The notes beneath the pieces were generated by a model, which was not told where the DNA came from, did no database searches, and worked only from the letters and a program-made list of their open reading frames with translations. Shown here piece after piece: positions 62,116 to 64,000 of a stretch of 64,000 nucleotides of DNA. Origin of the DNA: Camelus dromedarius. Taxonomy: Eukaryota. Location of the stretch: the NCBI RefSeq assembly GCF_036321535.1, contig NC_087454.1, positions 27,156,001 through 27,220,000 on the forward strand, in the 5' to 3' direction. Each line of letters starts with the position of its first letter. Positions within the stretch are counted from its first letter, which is position 1. Position numbers and translations under genes: made by a program.

Positions 62116-62545
62116 GTGAGCCCCTTCCCCTGGGATCCCCTCACTCCCTTTTGGTGACCCCTGGTTGCCTAGTCGTGGAAGCAAGGCTGCCCGTCCCCAG
62201 CCCAGGAGTCCTGGGAAGGCTGTTGGGAACACAGACCTTGAGGACCTGAGTGTGTGCCCACACATGCATACCAACATGATACCAACACATGCACCCACTT
62301 CACCCACTGTCTTCTTGATGATTTGCAAATCTCAGAGATGCTCAAACAGATCAGTGGAGCATGTTGACCAGACGGAGCCTGAATGACTTGGCTACAGGGG
62401 AGCCCAAGCCAGTTGGCATCTCTGAAGAAGGTATCCGTACCTAGCACATAGGAGGTGCTGATTAAGTGTGTGTCCACTGGCCACAAAACCACCCCCCACC
62501 TCCATGTTGGTATCATGTTGGTCTGTCCATTCCTTTTGGCCCAGG

Positions 62546-62838
62546 TCAGGGGCCAATGAACTATAGTCTAAAAGCTAAGGATGTTTTTTAAATGACTGGG
62601 AAAAGTTGTCAGAAAACAAAATATTTCTTGACACATGAAAATTATAGGAAATTCAAATTTTAGTGTCTGTAAATAAAAGTTTGGGGGACACAGCCACACC
62701 TGTGTGTTTATGTATTGTCCATGGCTGCTCTCATGCTACAGTAGGAAAGTTGAGTGGTTCAGACTGAGGACCGTATGGTCACAAAGCCTAGAGTCGTTAC
62801 TCTGTGGTCTCTGCAAAAACGTTTGCCCACCTCAGTCT
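62546..62838. mobile_element. MER58-like hAT DNA transposon in NCR2 intron 2
   Basis: aaattcaaattttagtgtctgtaaataaaagttt...gacacagccacacc...tgtccatggctgc pattern. Confidence 0.7.
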
Positions 62839-63029
62839 AGATCAGAGCTTCTCAGAGTGNNNNNNNNNNNNNNNNNNNNNNNNNNNNNNNNNNNNNNNNN
62901 NNNNNNNNNNNNNNNNNNNNNNNNNNNNNNNNNNNNNNNNNNNNNNNNNNNNNNNNNNNNNNNNNNNNNNNNNNNNNNNNNNNNNNNNNNNNNNNNNNNN
63001 NNNNNNNNNNNNNNNNNNNNNNNNNNNNC

Positions 63030-63210
63030 CCCTCTCATCCTCTGTGCCATGTGAGGATACACCCTGAAAGAGGCCTCACCAGAACCCCACCACACTGGGA
63101 CACTCATCTCCAACTCCCAGCCTCTGGCCGGGACTGTGAGAAATAAATCTCTGTTGTTTACAAGTCCAGTCTGTGGTGCTTTGTTACAGCAGCCTAAGCG
63201 GACTAAGACA
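63030..63210 (+). mobile_element. MaLR (MLT1) LTR 3' part; similar ends at 40540-40671 and 47520-47860
   Basis: gactgtgagaaataaatctctgttgttt...gtctgtggtgctttgttacagcagcc...gactaagaca terminus. Confidence 0.72.
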
Positions 63211-63286
63211 GATTTAAAAAACAAAACTCTCCCATCCATCAATGACTATTTTTTTTTTGTAAAATACAATAAAAATTAATTACTAG

Positions 63287-63437
63287 GAGGGAGGGTATAG
63301 CTCAGTGGTAGAATGCATGCTTAGCATGCACAAGGTCCTGGGTTCAATCCTCAGTACTTCCATTAAAATAAATTAGTAAATAAATAAACCTAATTACCCC
63401 CCCAACAAAATATAAATAAATAAATATATTTTAAATG
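63287..63437 (+). mobile_element. tRNA-derived SINE (Vic-1-like) with TSD AATTACTAG
   Basis: tRNA-like head and A-rich tail; identical 9-nt flanks at 63278-63286 and 63438-63446. Confidence 0.88.
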
Positions 63438-64000
63438 AATTACTAGAAAAATAAAATGAGAAAAAAATGAAGTACAAACCCAAAATGCTTATTAGATCTA
63501 ACAGACATAAAATTACATTTCAGTAAATACAATCAGAGACAAACAAACAAACAAATACAACCAGAACAAACACAGGGAGGAAAAGTTCATTTGTAAAAAC
63601 TGCACACCTTGTTCACTGAAAGTGTGCACTAGGAGACTGAGATAGTGGCTTCACGTTATACCTGAAACGTTTTGTTGTTCCTCAGTCATAACTAAAAAAA
63701 AAGTTAGAAGTGAAATAGCTATTTTCATATTAAATGCCAATATTCACACTTTGAACAAGCACCTTGTTTATCCCTATTTAAAGATTTTAATGTGACAAAT
63801 GAGCATTCTTCTTGCTTATTAACTTACCTAATTTGAGTAATATTAATGACCTGATAACTCTTAGGGGAAAATATATAAAGAAATTGTTTTGAGGCTTTGT
63901 TTTAATAGCATTCAGAGTTGAAAACTGGTTTCACAGAGGTAAGTTGACAGAAATACAAAAAAGGAATTTTACAGCAATTTCAACAAGCTCAATATTTTTA

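Noticed and set aside
1-64000. CRISPR arrays, rRNA genes, prokaryotic operons
   Set aside because: The sequence is mammalian with spliced genes; no such elements were seen.

Overview
Mammalian genomic DNA covering the TREM receptor cluster. tRNA-derived Vic-1-like SINEs suggest a camelid. Four recognisable genes were reconstructed exon by exon from GT-AG sites and phase. TREM2 (minus, CDS 6333..1976, 5 exons, 231 aa), TREML2 (minus, 19973..14296, 5 exons, 325 aa) and TREM1 (minus, 42216..36043, 4 exons, 237 aa) are intact. The first two exons of NCR2/NKp44 are on the plus strand (61543..62115), with the ancestral ATG read as GTG and an in-frame ATG 12 codons upstream. Three degenerate TREM-family paralogues that the ORF track does not reveal lie on the minus strand. 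psiA (9133-9762, between TREM2 and TREML2) has an intact signal-peptide exon but a ruined Ig exon. psiB (26489-27088) is two TREML4-like stalk exons. psiC (57975-58569, head-to-head with NCR2) has a repeat-expanded, frameshifted leader and a broken Ig exon. No intact TREML4 was found. The leading hypothesis is that psiA exon 1, downstream of a co-oriented LTR promoter (3 CCAAT boxes + TATA) and a DR4 array, serves as an in-frame alternative first exon for TREM2. The rest is L1/L2/MIR/MaLR/hAT repeats, SINEs and four N gaps. Human comparisons are from recalled sequences, not from an alignment run here.
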